32,000 nucleotides of DNA, taken from Micromonas pusilla. Lineage: Eukaryota. A model generated the notes under the pieces. That model ran no database searches. It had not been told where the DNA came from and worked only from the letters and a program-made list of their open reading frames with translations. The DNA lies in the NCBI GenBank assembly GCA_000151265.1, contig GG663746.1, positions 404,863 through 436,862 of the forward strand. The letters are read 5' to 3'. This document shows, one piece after another, positions 19,034-28,723 of the stretch. The translations under genes were made by a program, and so were the position numbers. Position 1 is the first letter of the stretch. The number at the start of each line of letters is the position of its first letter.

Positions 19034-19907
19034 GCTTCTTCGCGGGCGCGGGCGCGGGGACCTCCGCCTTCTTCGCGACTGCCTTTTCCGCCTTTTCCGC
19101 CTTTTCCGCCGCCTTCTTTGCCAAAGCCGCTGCCGCCTTCTCCGCCTTTTCCGCCGCACTTGCGTCCAACTCCGTCACCGCGCCGTTCCTCAGATCTTTC
19201 TTCTCCAGCGACCCCTCGTACCTCCAGTGCTCGTCGTACTTCCCGGTGAGCACCATCTTCAGATCCGGCTTCCCCCGGCCCGGGGCGTCGCTCTTCAGAC
19301 GCGTCGAGAGCACGCGCTCGACGTCCTCGGCGCGCCGCTCGATGATCTCCGCCTTGACGAGAATGATCTCCCTCTGTTCCGCGTCGTCGTCGAACATGAA
19401 CACCATCGTGTCGTACGCCGGCATCACCTTGAGCTTGGTCCCGCGCGCGCCGACGAACTTCTGAAGCCCCGCGCGCGTCGCCGCGAGGACGCCGACGAGG
19501 ACGCCGCCGCCGCCGGGTTTGTTTTCCTCGTGGAATTCGTTCACCTGCATCGCGACGCCGTCCGCGAACCTCACGATCGCGCCTCTGGAGACGCTCACCC
19601 AGCCGGTCGCGGACGTCACCGCGGGAGGCTCAGGTTCCGCGCCAGAAGCGTCGTCCGGGCGCGGGACGCGGAGGAGGACGCTTTCGCGCGGGGTGTGGCC
19701 CTTCTTCGTCGCGAGCGTCGGCTTTTTCTTCTTCGGCGACGTCGACGCGTCGGCGGAGATGGGCGGGGGCCACGCGTACACACACGCCGGTCGTCGCGCG
19801 GGATCGGACGTCGTCGCGGTCGCGGCGGCGGTTCGCGCGACCGCGGCGTGCCTCCGCGAGTCCTGCGAGTCCGGCTTCGCCGTCTTCGCGTCGTCGTCGG
19901 CGGGGGT

Positions 19908-19938
<31 letters not shown>

Positions 19939-20468
19939 TCGTCGTCGTCGATCACCTTCGCGGACTTCGTCCTCGCCGTCCGCGGCGGGTCCTTCGCCGC
20001 GCCGTCCTCGGGGTTGTTGTCCTTCCCGTCGCCTCCCTCCGTCGCCTTCGCCCTCGTGGCCTTCGCCCTCGCGGCGGGCTTCTTCTTCTTCCCGACTAGT
20101 CCTTTGGCGTTCGCGTCCGCCAGATCCTCGACCGTCCAGCTCGCGCGCGTCGGATCGACGGGATCCGTCGCCGGCACCTCGCTCGCGTCGAGATCGTCCG
20201 CGAGCCGCCACTTCGTGTTGTTCTTATCCCCGCCCTGCTCGTCCCGCGAGACTCGCGCGAAGTACGCCGTCTTCGCCTTCGGGCCCGGACCGAACATGGG
20301 CACGATGGACGCGAGCGCGGAATCCAAGCCTCTCTTGCCGAGCTCGCGGCCGCAGCGCGCGGCGCGGAGCGCGATCTCGCTCGGGGTCAGGCCATCGCTC
20401 CCGGCGTCCCTGAGGTGCTGGAGGATGACCTCGAGCCACGACCCTTCGCCGAACGACGGGACGATCAT
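17523..20468 (-). CDS. Large nuclear-type protein of unknown function, with acidic and Lys/Ala/Pro-rich low-complexity regions plus N-terminal and C-terminal globular segments
   Basis: ATG 20468 (MIVPSFGEGSWLEVILQHLRDAGSDGLTPSEI..., winged-helix-like) to TGA 17523-17525. Contains a D14 tract, an AEKAEKA repeat, (PA)n and an ERERER charged region. The C-terminal ~170 aa have ordinary composition (FPEIENGLVWVMKYKYVKHGIENRLIALDEE...IVFMCGCNSDGERREFMYRAF...YPTHQVRLAPV). No family was confidently recognised. The track start at 20609 is GTG. Confidence 0.7.
19908..19950 (-). repeat. (GAC/GAT)n trinucleotide repeat encoding polyAsp
   Basis: The plus strand is a (gtc)n run with one atc. The translation is IDDDDDDDDDDDDDDTP. 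Confidence 0.9.
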
Positions 20469-20774
20469 CGGTCCGCGCCGCGCCCGCTCCGGGGACGAAA
20501 TGCGGGCGGTGGTCGGCAATCGCGGCAGTTGACGAAGAGCAGCGGTCCTGACGCGGACGACTGGCGGACGCGCGAGCGCTCGTTCAAATCCTAACGGCTC
20601 GGGCGGCACTTCGCACCGCGCGCGCGTCGCGTCGACGCCGGGGACGTCGCCCGCGTCGCGTCCGTCGATACGAGAGGCGCGCGAGAGAGGCGGCGACGCG
20701 TCGTCGTCCGCGCGCGAGCTTAGAGGACGCCGCGGCGCGCGGGTCGGAAGCGGTGACGACGCGGACTGCTGAAG
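20469..20774. promoter_or_regulatory. Head-to-head intergenic region, a presumed bidirectional promoter, between the 17523-20468 (-) gene and the IQ-motif gene (+)
   Basis: Based on position only: 306 nt lie between divergent start codons. No specific motif was identified. Confidence 0.3.
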
Positions 20775-21404
20775 ATGCAGCGCGCGAATCTAAATCTCGC
20801 GACGGCGACGGCGCGACGCCGCGCGGCGACGCGCATCCAGTCCGCGTACCGCGGGCACCTCACCAGGCGCGAGCTCGTGGAGAACGTCCGGAAAGACTTC
20901 GAAGAGGTGATGCGACGCGTCGAGGGGCCGCTCGCGGAGGACGTCGCGCTCGCGACGACGACGCCGTTCAGCGTCGTCGAGCGGCCGTTCAGCGTGATGG
21001 GATGGGGGAAGGCGGGGTCGTCGGCGAACCTGTCGCCGCCGAGCGTCTTGGACGCGCTGGACGACTCCACGACGCTGTCGCCGTCGCCGGAGCCGCCGAC
21101 GCGCGCGGCGAGGGTCGAGGAGGACGAGGACGAGGAGGACGAGGAGAGAGGCGGGGGCGCGCGCGCGGCGAAGAAGGCTGCCGCGGCGATCGACGCGGCG
21201 AGCGCGCGTCGGGGAGGAGACGGAGACGGCGTCGTCGACGTCGGCGTCGGCGACGAGGACGACGACGAGGCGACGACGAGCGCGCTGCGGCAGGAGCTCG
21301 CGTGGGCGCAGGCCGCGCTGGACGACAGGAGGCAGCATCTGCGACGGATGCGGATGCGCGCGCAGCAGGCGTCGACGCGGCGCGCGGCGCCCGCGGGGTG
21401 GTGA
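20775..21404 (+). CDS. IQ (calmodulin-binding) motif protein with an acidic central region
   Basis: ATG 20775 to TGA 21402-21404, 209 aa. A canonical IQxxxRGxxxR motif is present (RIQSAYRGHLTRR). There is an acidic EEDEDEEDEE tract and good GC3 bias. Overlapping minus ORFs are Arg/Ser-rich shadows. Confidence 0.65.
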   Translation: MQRANLNLATATARRRAATRIQSAYRGHLTRRELVENVRKDFEEVMRRVEGPLAEDVALATTTPFSVVERPFSVMGWGKAGSSANLSPPSVLDALDDSTTLSPSPEPPTRAARVEEDEDEEDEERGGGARAAKKAAAAIDAASARRGGDGDGVVDVGVGDEDDDEATTSALRQELAWAQAALDDRRQHLRRMRMRAQQASTRRAAPAGW

Positions 21405-21717
21405 ACGAGAGACGACGACGCGACCGCGTCCGACGCGCGCGCGCCGTGGTGGGAACCTGCGCGCGCTCGACGAACGTGCGAGCCGCGAAGCACCGCCCGT
21501 AGAAGCACGAAAATATAGTTTCAATCGCGCGTCCTCGCGCCTCGACTCGGACTCTAAGAGACCGCGTCGATCCATCAAAACGCCTCCTCCTCGCGGAAAA
21601 ATCAATCACACTCATCGACCTCATCCCCTCGCCTCCATCGCGCGCGACGAGCCCCCCGCCTCCGTCGCGCGCCCCCACGCGCCCTTCTCGACGCCCTCCG
21701 CCCGCCTCCTGTAGTGA

Positions 21718-23278
21718 TTACTTGTTATCGGACGGGCGCTCCTTGCCCTCCCACGTCGCGTTCCACTGCTTATCGTAGAACGTCGCCTCGTCCGCGAGAA
21801 CGCCGAGCGTGTCCAAGTCGTCCAGACGCCGCACGAAGAGGCAAAACGCGACGGTGACGAAGATGGCCGTCTTCCCGAGGAAGCTCTGGTGCAAGTCCAC
21901 GAGCCCGGCGCCGCCGGCGGCGTCGATGAGGTACGCGAACGCGTACCCAACCATCGCGGCGCGGCCGTTGATCTTCTCCGCCTCCGGGAGATGGAACCGC
22001 TTCACCCAGACCCACCACGGGACGATTGAAGTGTCGAACAAGCCGTCCTCGTCGTACACCGCGGGGCAATCCTCCAGGGCTTCGGGTCGTTCCACACGAG
22101 CGATTGTCGGGGTGGAGTTCAAAGGCGTCAGAAGCGGAGTTGAAAGGCGTCGATGGCGGGGATTGAAAGCAAAGCGAGGGACCCTGGGCGGAGAGACACG
22201 CCGGGAAAAGTCCTTAAGGATCGGCGTTCACCACGCCGACGCGGTCGTACGGGGACCAGTGTGACATAGAACGCGCCTTTGCGGTGGACAACCTCCGCGT
22301 CGATGACCGCGTTCCAGTCCGTCTCGCCGTCAGCGAGCTTGAACTGGGAGAGGTCCCACGTCCCGTTGACCCATCGCGGGTCGGACCACACCGCGTTGTC
22401 GGCGTTGGCGGCGCGCGTCGCCGCGGCGGACGACGCGGCGGCGGCGCGCGCGGCGGCGCCCGCGTCCTTGCCGGCAGCCTTTTCGCCCTCGAGCGTGCCG
22501 CCGCGCTCGAGCGGGCCGGGCGCGCGCGTCTTCGTCTCGGCCGCGACGCGCGTCACGACGGAGGACCTGGACGAAGCAAGAGTCGTTCGGAGGAGAGAAG
22601 AGTGGGTGGAGGAGACGAAGAGGTGAGCGGGGCCGTCCGTCGGTCGTCGTCGTCGCGAGAGACGGACGTGGTGAACGAATGAATGATGACTTTTGCGCGT
22701 GCTGGGAACACAGAGAAGAAAGCGGCACGTTTCCGCGGCCGATCGCGGCGCCGGAGTCGCCGCGGACGCGCGCACGCGAAGCTCGACGACGACGTTCCGG
22801 GGCGCGGACGCTCGCGCGAAGTCGCGCGCGGACGCCGTCGCGGTTTAAGCGCGCGTCCGCGCGGAGCGACGCGCGACGCGCGCGACACGCGCGCGCGCAC
22901 CGCAACCCTGATGGGATTTCAGATAACCCTCCGGAAGGAGGGTCGAAAAAGACGGGACGGCGCGTCGACGGACGCGTCGCGCGCGGGGCGCAAGCGAGGC
23001 GAAAGCGCACCTGGACTTGGCAGCCTTGGCGGAGCGCGCGACCCTGGAGTGCGAGGCGGAGGAGGGGCGACGCGTCAGCGATCGTGAACGCGTCCGGCGG
23101 GGTCGTTCGCGCGAGGGTGGCATCGCGCGACTTTCTCCGATTGAACCTCGCGAGCGAGCGAAAAAAGCGAGCGGGATTCCCCGGAGACGCGAGACGCGTC
23201 GAGCGGCGAGACGCACTTGGAGGTCGCGGCCACCTTGTTCACCGCGAAGGTGGCAGTGCTAGCGATGGACATGGACAT
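21718..23278 (-). CDS. Chloroplast-targeted LHC-like (ELIP/LIL/one-helix superfamily) protein. Exons 23217-23278, 22277-22566 and 21718-22079.
   Basis: The chlorophyll-binding helix motif is EAEKINGRAAMVGYAFAYLIDA (ExxNGRxAMxG). A second hydrophobic helix is TAIFVTVAFCLFV. The transit-peptide-like start MSMSIASTATFAVNKVAATSK is joined by AA|GTGCGT ... ttgcttcgtccag|G (phase 2, making an AAG codon) to SSVVTRVAAETK. The second junction [14 protein letters not shown] removes repeat copy 4. TAA at 21718-20. The middle ORF has no ATG of its own, which supports the upstream exon. Confidence 0.75.
22080..22276 (-). mobile_element. Introner-element-type repeat, copy 4. It is intron 2 of the LHC-like gene (197 nt, GC-AG, phase 1).
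   Basis: The minus strand starts GCGCGTTCTATGTCACACTGGTCCCCGTACGACC and ends GGAACGACCCGAAG. Palindrome TCCTTAAGGA at 22211-22220. Splicing 22277^22079 gives the codon G+CC and a continuous frame. Confidence 0.9.
22567..23216 (-). other. Putative long conventional intron (650 nt, GT-AG, phase 2) in the transit-peptide region of the LHC-like gene
   Basis: The donor (AA|GTGCGTCT) and acceptor (cttgcttcgtccag|G) both fit, and the phases match. The interior holds only Arg-rich shadow ORFs. It is unrelated to the repeat family. Confidence 0.6.
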
Positions 23279-23852
23279 TTTGATTGTGCGTTCGAGCGGC
23301 GTTGACGCGCGCGTAACGGCGATGAGTGCCCCGCGCGCGCGGTCGCTGGTCGGTTTTCTCCGCAAAAAAAATAAATCTTTCGATTCACATTTCGATCTCG
23401 GCCAATCACAGCGCTCGATCTCCATATCGCTTCCACCTGCTTCCGGTGTCGACTTTCGTACGAGGCCACGGTAAGAAACCGGTCGGAATTCGTACTACGG
23501 GAAACGTATAAACGGTCCCCGCTGGCGTTGTTCGCTTTTTTCTCCAGATCGCGGGCGGGTTTCCGACTTTCGTTCGTTCGTTCGTTCGTCAAAGTTCTGT
23601 TATCACAAGCGTGCTCTCCACGCGGCTCGCCGGAGGCCCCAGCCTCCGACGAACTCGCGGGCAGTCTTCTACCGCGTGCATATTCTACGTCCTACTAATT
23701 CTGTTCGTATACGTGCGTACCCCCCCGAGCAGAGATCTCAGATCTCAGCTCCTCCGTCCGTCCACATCCGTCGCCGCCCGGTCTGTCGACGCGTATTACG
23801 ATCGCGTCGATCGCCGCCCGCCGCCGGACGATCACGTCCGTCGTCGCGTCCA

Positions 23853-26800
23853 TCACCGCGGCCCGACGTCTTGCGTCTTCATGGACCCGCCAATCTCGAG
23901 GTCGTCGTCCTCGCCGTGGTCCTCGACGACGGTGCCGTCCGCGAGGATCTTCATCTTCGTCTCGTCTTTTTCTTTTTCTTTTTCAATCCTCTCCCTCGTC
24001 GCCTCCTTCTCCGCCACAACCTTCGCGTTGGCGGGGAGGACGTTGTTACGCTGCTCCTCGCCCATCTGCTCTTCGGTGGCGTCGGAATCATTCTCCTCGC
24101 CGCTCAGCTCGATCGAGAACACGCTCTCCGGCGGCTCGTCGTCCTTCTCCGCGGGCGTCATCTTCGGGCGGTTCTCAACGCGCTCGCGCGCCGGCGGCCG
24201 CGCCGGCTCCGGGACGAAGGATTCCTTGGCGTACGCCGTCGCCGCCGCCGCGGAGGCGTCGGCGGCGAGGATCGCCGCGGCGGCGTCCGCCACCTCGCTC
24301 GATCGTTGCGCGTTCTGGGCCTCCGCGGCGATGTTCTCGCGGAGCTCTTCCTCGAGCTTCGCGGCTTGCGCGATCTGGGACTCGAAGTCGTCGAGATCGT
24401 CGTCGACGGCGGCGGGGACGTCGGCGATCAGGGAGACGGCGTTCGAGACGCTCTCCTTCGTCAGCGAGGAGATCTCCTCCAAGACGCGGTAGTACTCGCT
24501 CCCGTCGATGAGCGCCTGCTCCGTGCGCAGCTCGTTCACGCAGTCCCTGAGAAGCTTCGTGGAGCCAACCTCCTGTACGCTCCCGTCAAGCGAGTGCAGC
24601 AGGATGGGCGACTGCATCGGATCCGGGACCCAGCTGTCGCAGACTTCGACCAGGACAACCTCGTCGTGCAGCGACGCGTGCAGCGCCAACGTCCGGTTGT
24701 TCCCGTGCTGCCACACCGCGGTCTCCTCCGGGTCCGCGGAGTTGTCGTCCACGACGACGTACTTGTACTCGTACGTGTCGTCCGCGTGGATCGGCGTGGT
24801 GATCGTCCACAGCCCGCCCTCGGACCAACGCATCGGAAACGCGTTGGCGAGGTTCCAGTCGTTCCACGTCCCGACCATGGCGACGCGCTGCCCCGGGAGC
24901 GTGTCCACGAGAATCTCGAACTTCACCGGGATGTCCGCGTCGGTGGTGGACGCCGCGGACTTCTTCGCGTCGACGACGCGGCCCATGCGTTGGTTGTGAC
25001 GAAGCATCTGCGCCGCGTTGTCGCGCGCGGCGACGTGCGCCCTCACCATCGTCTCCTCGAGCTCGGCAATCTTCCTCTCCATCGCGATCGCCTGCTTCTC
25101 GTGCTTCGCCCTGAGCTCCCGCGCGAGAACCTCCTCCGCGTACTTGACGTCGTCGTCCTTCGCGGCGTCGGCGCCGGCAGCCGCGAGCTTCTCGTACGCT
25201 TCCTCGAGCTCCGCCTTGACGACGGCGAGCGCGGCGTCGCGCTCCTCGAGTTTGCGCTGAATGATGTCGCGCTCCGCCTCGATCGCGAGCACCGCGCGCT
25301 TCGCGTCGTCGAACGCGTCGTCCTTCGCGGCGAGCTCCGCCGCGAGCGCGCTGATCTCGGTCGCCTTGCCCTCCAAGATCTCATCCGCGGTGGACGCGAG
25401 GTCGTTCTTCGCCGCCGCGAGCGCCTCCGTCGCGTCGTTGAGCTCGGCGTTCATCGCGGCGAGCGCGGATCGCACGCCGTCGAGCGCCGCCTCGGACTCC
25501 TCGAGCTGGGCCCTGAGGTCCGCGACCTCCGCCTCGTGCTCCGCCTTGAGCGCCGCGACGACGGCGTCGTGCTCCGTCTCGAGGCGCTTCCTCATGAGCG
25601 TCGCGTCCGCCTCGGACTCGTCGAGCTGATCCGTCAGGGACCTGATCTCCGCAGCCTTGGCGGCCACCTCGCGCTCTTTCGCGTCTCTGAGCGCGTCCGT
25701 GGTCTCGATGAGCGACGCGCGGATCGTCTCCACCTCCTCGCGAAGGCGTGACGCCTCCGAGAGCGTCCGCGCGAGCGTCTCTTCCGAGTCCGCGGCGGCG
25801 TCGCCGGACGTCTTCCGGTCCGCGTCAATCGCGGCTTTGAGGAAGGAAATCTCGCTCTTCGCCTCCTCGAGCGCCTTCTCCGCGGCGACGCGCTCCTCGG
25901 ACGCGAGCGTCATCTCCCTGCGCGCCGCCTCGAGCGCTTCGCTCGTCGCGATCGCATCCGCATCCGCCTCGTCGTCGTCCTTCTTCTCCTCCGCGGCCGA
26001 CGCCTCGAACGCCGCGAGCTTGGCGTCGACGGCGGCGAATCGCTCCTCGACCTCCGCCACCGCCTCGCGCGTCGACGCGAGCTTCGCCTCGGCGTCCTTC
26101 GCCTCCTTCCTCGCCTTCGCCAGCGCATCGAGGTTCTCGTCGTGCTCCTTCTCGAGCTGCAGAAAGTTCTTCTTCGTCTCCGCCTCCCACCGCTCGCGGT
26201 CCGCGCGCCACGCCTCGAGCGCGTCGCCGCGTTCGATCGCCGCGGCGATCTTCGCCTCCGCGTCGGCTTGAAACGCCTTCATCTCCGCCTCCATCTTATC
26301 CCGCGCGATCGTCACCGTCTCGAGCTGGCACATGAGCGTCTTCCTCGACCCCTCCGCGCGGTCGAGGTCGCCCTGGAGCGAGTTCAGGAGCTTCTCGCGG
26401 CGCTCGAGCTTCTGGCGAATCTCGGCGACGCCGCTGAGGTCCGACTGCAGCACGGCGCGGTCGGCGAACTCCTTCTGGAGCTCCTCCGCGAGGTTCGCCT
26501 TGGCTTCCCTCGCCGCCTCCGCCTCCTTCTCCGCCTCCTTCTTCGCCTTGTGCGCGTTCGAGAGCTCTCTCCTGAGTTCGAGCGTCTCCTCGAGCTGGCG
26601 TTCGAGGTCTGCCTTCGCCGCCTCGGCGGCTTGCTTGAACTCCTCCGCCGTCGCCTTCAGACTCTCCGCCATCTCCAGCGCCGCCGTCGTGTCCTCGTTC
26701 TCCGTGGACGCGGGCGCGAGCTCGTTCTCGTCGCGCAGCTCCCCGAGCTTCTCCTCGAGCACCTCGAGCTCCGCGGAGAGCTGCTTCTGGTGCTCCAGCC

Positions 26801-27114
26801 TCGCCGCGGACGTCGCTCTGTGCTCCTCCAGCTGTCGCAGCTGCTCGCGCTGCGCCCTCGCCCATCGCCTGGACGCGACGAGCAGCGCGGCGATCGGCGT
26901 GAACGGCGCGGCGAGGAACGCCGCGCGCTGCCACGTCGGCACCTCCGCGACGAGCATCCTCGCGAGCTCGCTCGCGGTGTACGACGGCGCGGCGGAGATG
27001 CCCCCGGCTTTGGCCGCCGCCGCCTCGGGCGCGCCGAGCGGCACCGGGAGAGTCCCCGCGTCGATCTCCGCGGACATCATCACCAGCGACGCGGCGGTCG
27101 ACGCCTCGGTCGCG

Positions 27115-27145
<31 letters not shown>

Positions 27146-27725
27146 GGTCGCGCGGGGGGACCGGTCGCGACGTCCCGCGCATGACGAGCGAGGAGATGCC
27201 GGCGCCCGCGACGGCGGCGCCGGCGTTGAGCGCGGCGTCGGAGAACGCGACCGCGGGTTTCGGGAGCGCGAGCGTCGCCGCGACGGACGCGACGGACGCG
27301 AGCGCGAACTTCGCCCTGCGCGTCCACGATATCGGAGCCGCCTGGGGAGATGGGGAGAGGGAGGGAGGGAGGGAGGAGGAGATCAGATCAGATCTGGGGG
27401 CGGCGCGAGAGAATGAATTGAATCGTGAAAGTTCGTCTCGGCGCGCGCGATCGATCGCGTTTGAACGCCGCGCGCGCGACGCCGGAGACGGCGAGCGACG
27501 CACCTTGACGGCGTCCGGCGCGAGGACGGATCGCGGCGGTTCGGGTTCAGGGAACGTGAAGATCACGTCGCCGTTTTCGGAGACGCGCTTCGCGCTCGGG
27601 GCGTCCTCGGACGCGCGCGCGCGCACGAGGACGACGCGGCATCGCGCGCTCGACGCGACGCGGCGACCGCGCGAGATTTTCAGCGACGCGACGGGCGCCG
27701 ACGTCGGCGACGCGATCGCGGACAT
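23853..27725 (-). CDS. Chloroplast-targeted long coiled-coil protein with a CBM20 starch-binding domain. Exons 27504-27725 and 23853-27341.
   Basis: ATG 27725 opens a transit-peptide-like N-terminus (MSAIASPTSAPVASLKISRGRR...). About 700 aa of heptad-like Ala/Glu/Lys/Leu coiled coil follow. The CBM20-like module is VKFEILVDTLPGQRVAMVGTWNDWN...WTITTPIHADDTYEYKYVVVD...AVWQHGNNRTLAL...VEVCDSW (cf. the fungal glucoamylase SBD motifs EYKF, WESDPNR, DTW). The C-terminal tail is acidic. TGA at 23853-55. Confidence 0.8.
27342..27503 (-). other. Putative conventional intron (162 nt, GT-AG, phase 0). It is in-frame and stop-free, so the track ORF reads through it.
   Basis: Donor AAG|GTGCGTCG, acceptor cctccctctccccatctccccag|GCG. 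The interior has poor GC3 bias (aat tca ttc tct) and a gatctgatctgatc motif. Splicing gives ...LAPDAVK|AAPISWTRR.... Confidence 0.6.
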
Positions 27726-28526
27726 GTTCGCGACGCGAGCGATGCTCCTTCACGCGCTGCTCGCGGACGCGATACGCGGCGCGCGGAGGCTCGAGGACGC
27801 GCGCGCGGGGAGACGCGCGCGCTCGCCGAGGGAGGAGGTTCGCGGTTTTTTCCCGAGTGTCAGCGCCTGCGCTGGAGGCGGGACGCTCGCGGATTCCGCG
27901 CCCGCGCGCTCGACGCGACGCGCGATTCGACGATACGCTCGCTGCGACGCCTCGAGAAGAGAGACGCACGCGCGCGCGGTCGATGCTCGAAGAGGGAAGA
28001 CGACGTCGCGATGCACACGGCGCGCGTCTCGGAGTGCCCACGACGCTTCGCTCCGCGGCGCTTTTACACGCGTGGCGCTTTTGAAAAGCGAACGCCAATG
28101 AGATACTTCCGCGCGAATAGACCGTCGTTCTGGAATCAACGCCGAGGAAACGCCCATAGACTTTCGGTCCGTTGAAATATCGTTCTCTCGTTCGCGTGAC
28201 GGGGCACGTTTCGGTGGCCACGTGTACGCTCAACGTGTTTGCCCATACGGGCGACGTACTACGTATTCTGTACGAGGAGATCCCGAATCCCGATCGGATT
28301 CTACGATGAAAGTATCTGGGCCAAAACCACAAATATCGCGATCGAACGAATATCGCGATCGATCGATGAGTGCTGAATCGAGGTTCGGGCGACCGATGCG
28401 TCCTCAGAGTGTTTTCGCGCAGGCTGCGCGTGTCGTCGTGCGTCTCTGAAAATAACCGTCGTCGCTCACTTCTTTTCGTCAAAACCGTTCACTCCGTCTC
28501 GTTCCGCGCGTCGTCCCCCTCTCCTC

Positions 28527-28686
28527 TCAGCACCCCACGCCGCCGGCGCTCACGAACATGTCCACGAGATCGTCCTTCCTCACGTTCTTCTTCCCGACGT
28601 ACAAGTGCGCGAGGCCCATGACCTGCATCCGATGCTTCAGCTGCGCGACCGTCATCGCCTCCGCCGCGTCTCTCCTCGCGCTCGCG

Positions 28687-28723
<37 letters not shown>

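Noticed and set aside
22567-23216. Intron-hosted snoRNA or a separate gene inside the 650-nt intron of the LHC-like gene. TGATGA at 22684-22689 on + was considered as a C box.
   Set aside because: The motif is on the strand opposite to the host gene. I found no matching D box (CTGA) at an appropriate distance and no terminal stem. The ORFs in the region are Arg-rich shadows.
27547-28482. A 311-aa ORF on the minus strand, and small + ORFs, in the 27726-28526 spacer
   Set aside because: The upstream part lies in AT-richer sequence with poor GC3 bias and a junk-like composition (RS-rich with many rare codons). The downstream part is the out-of-frame shadow of the CBM20 gene 5' end. No motifs were recognised.
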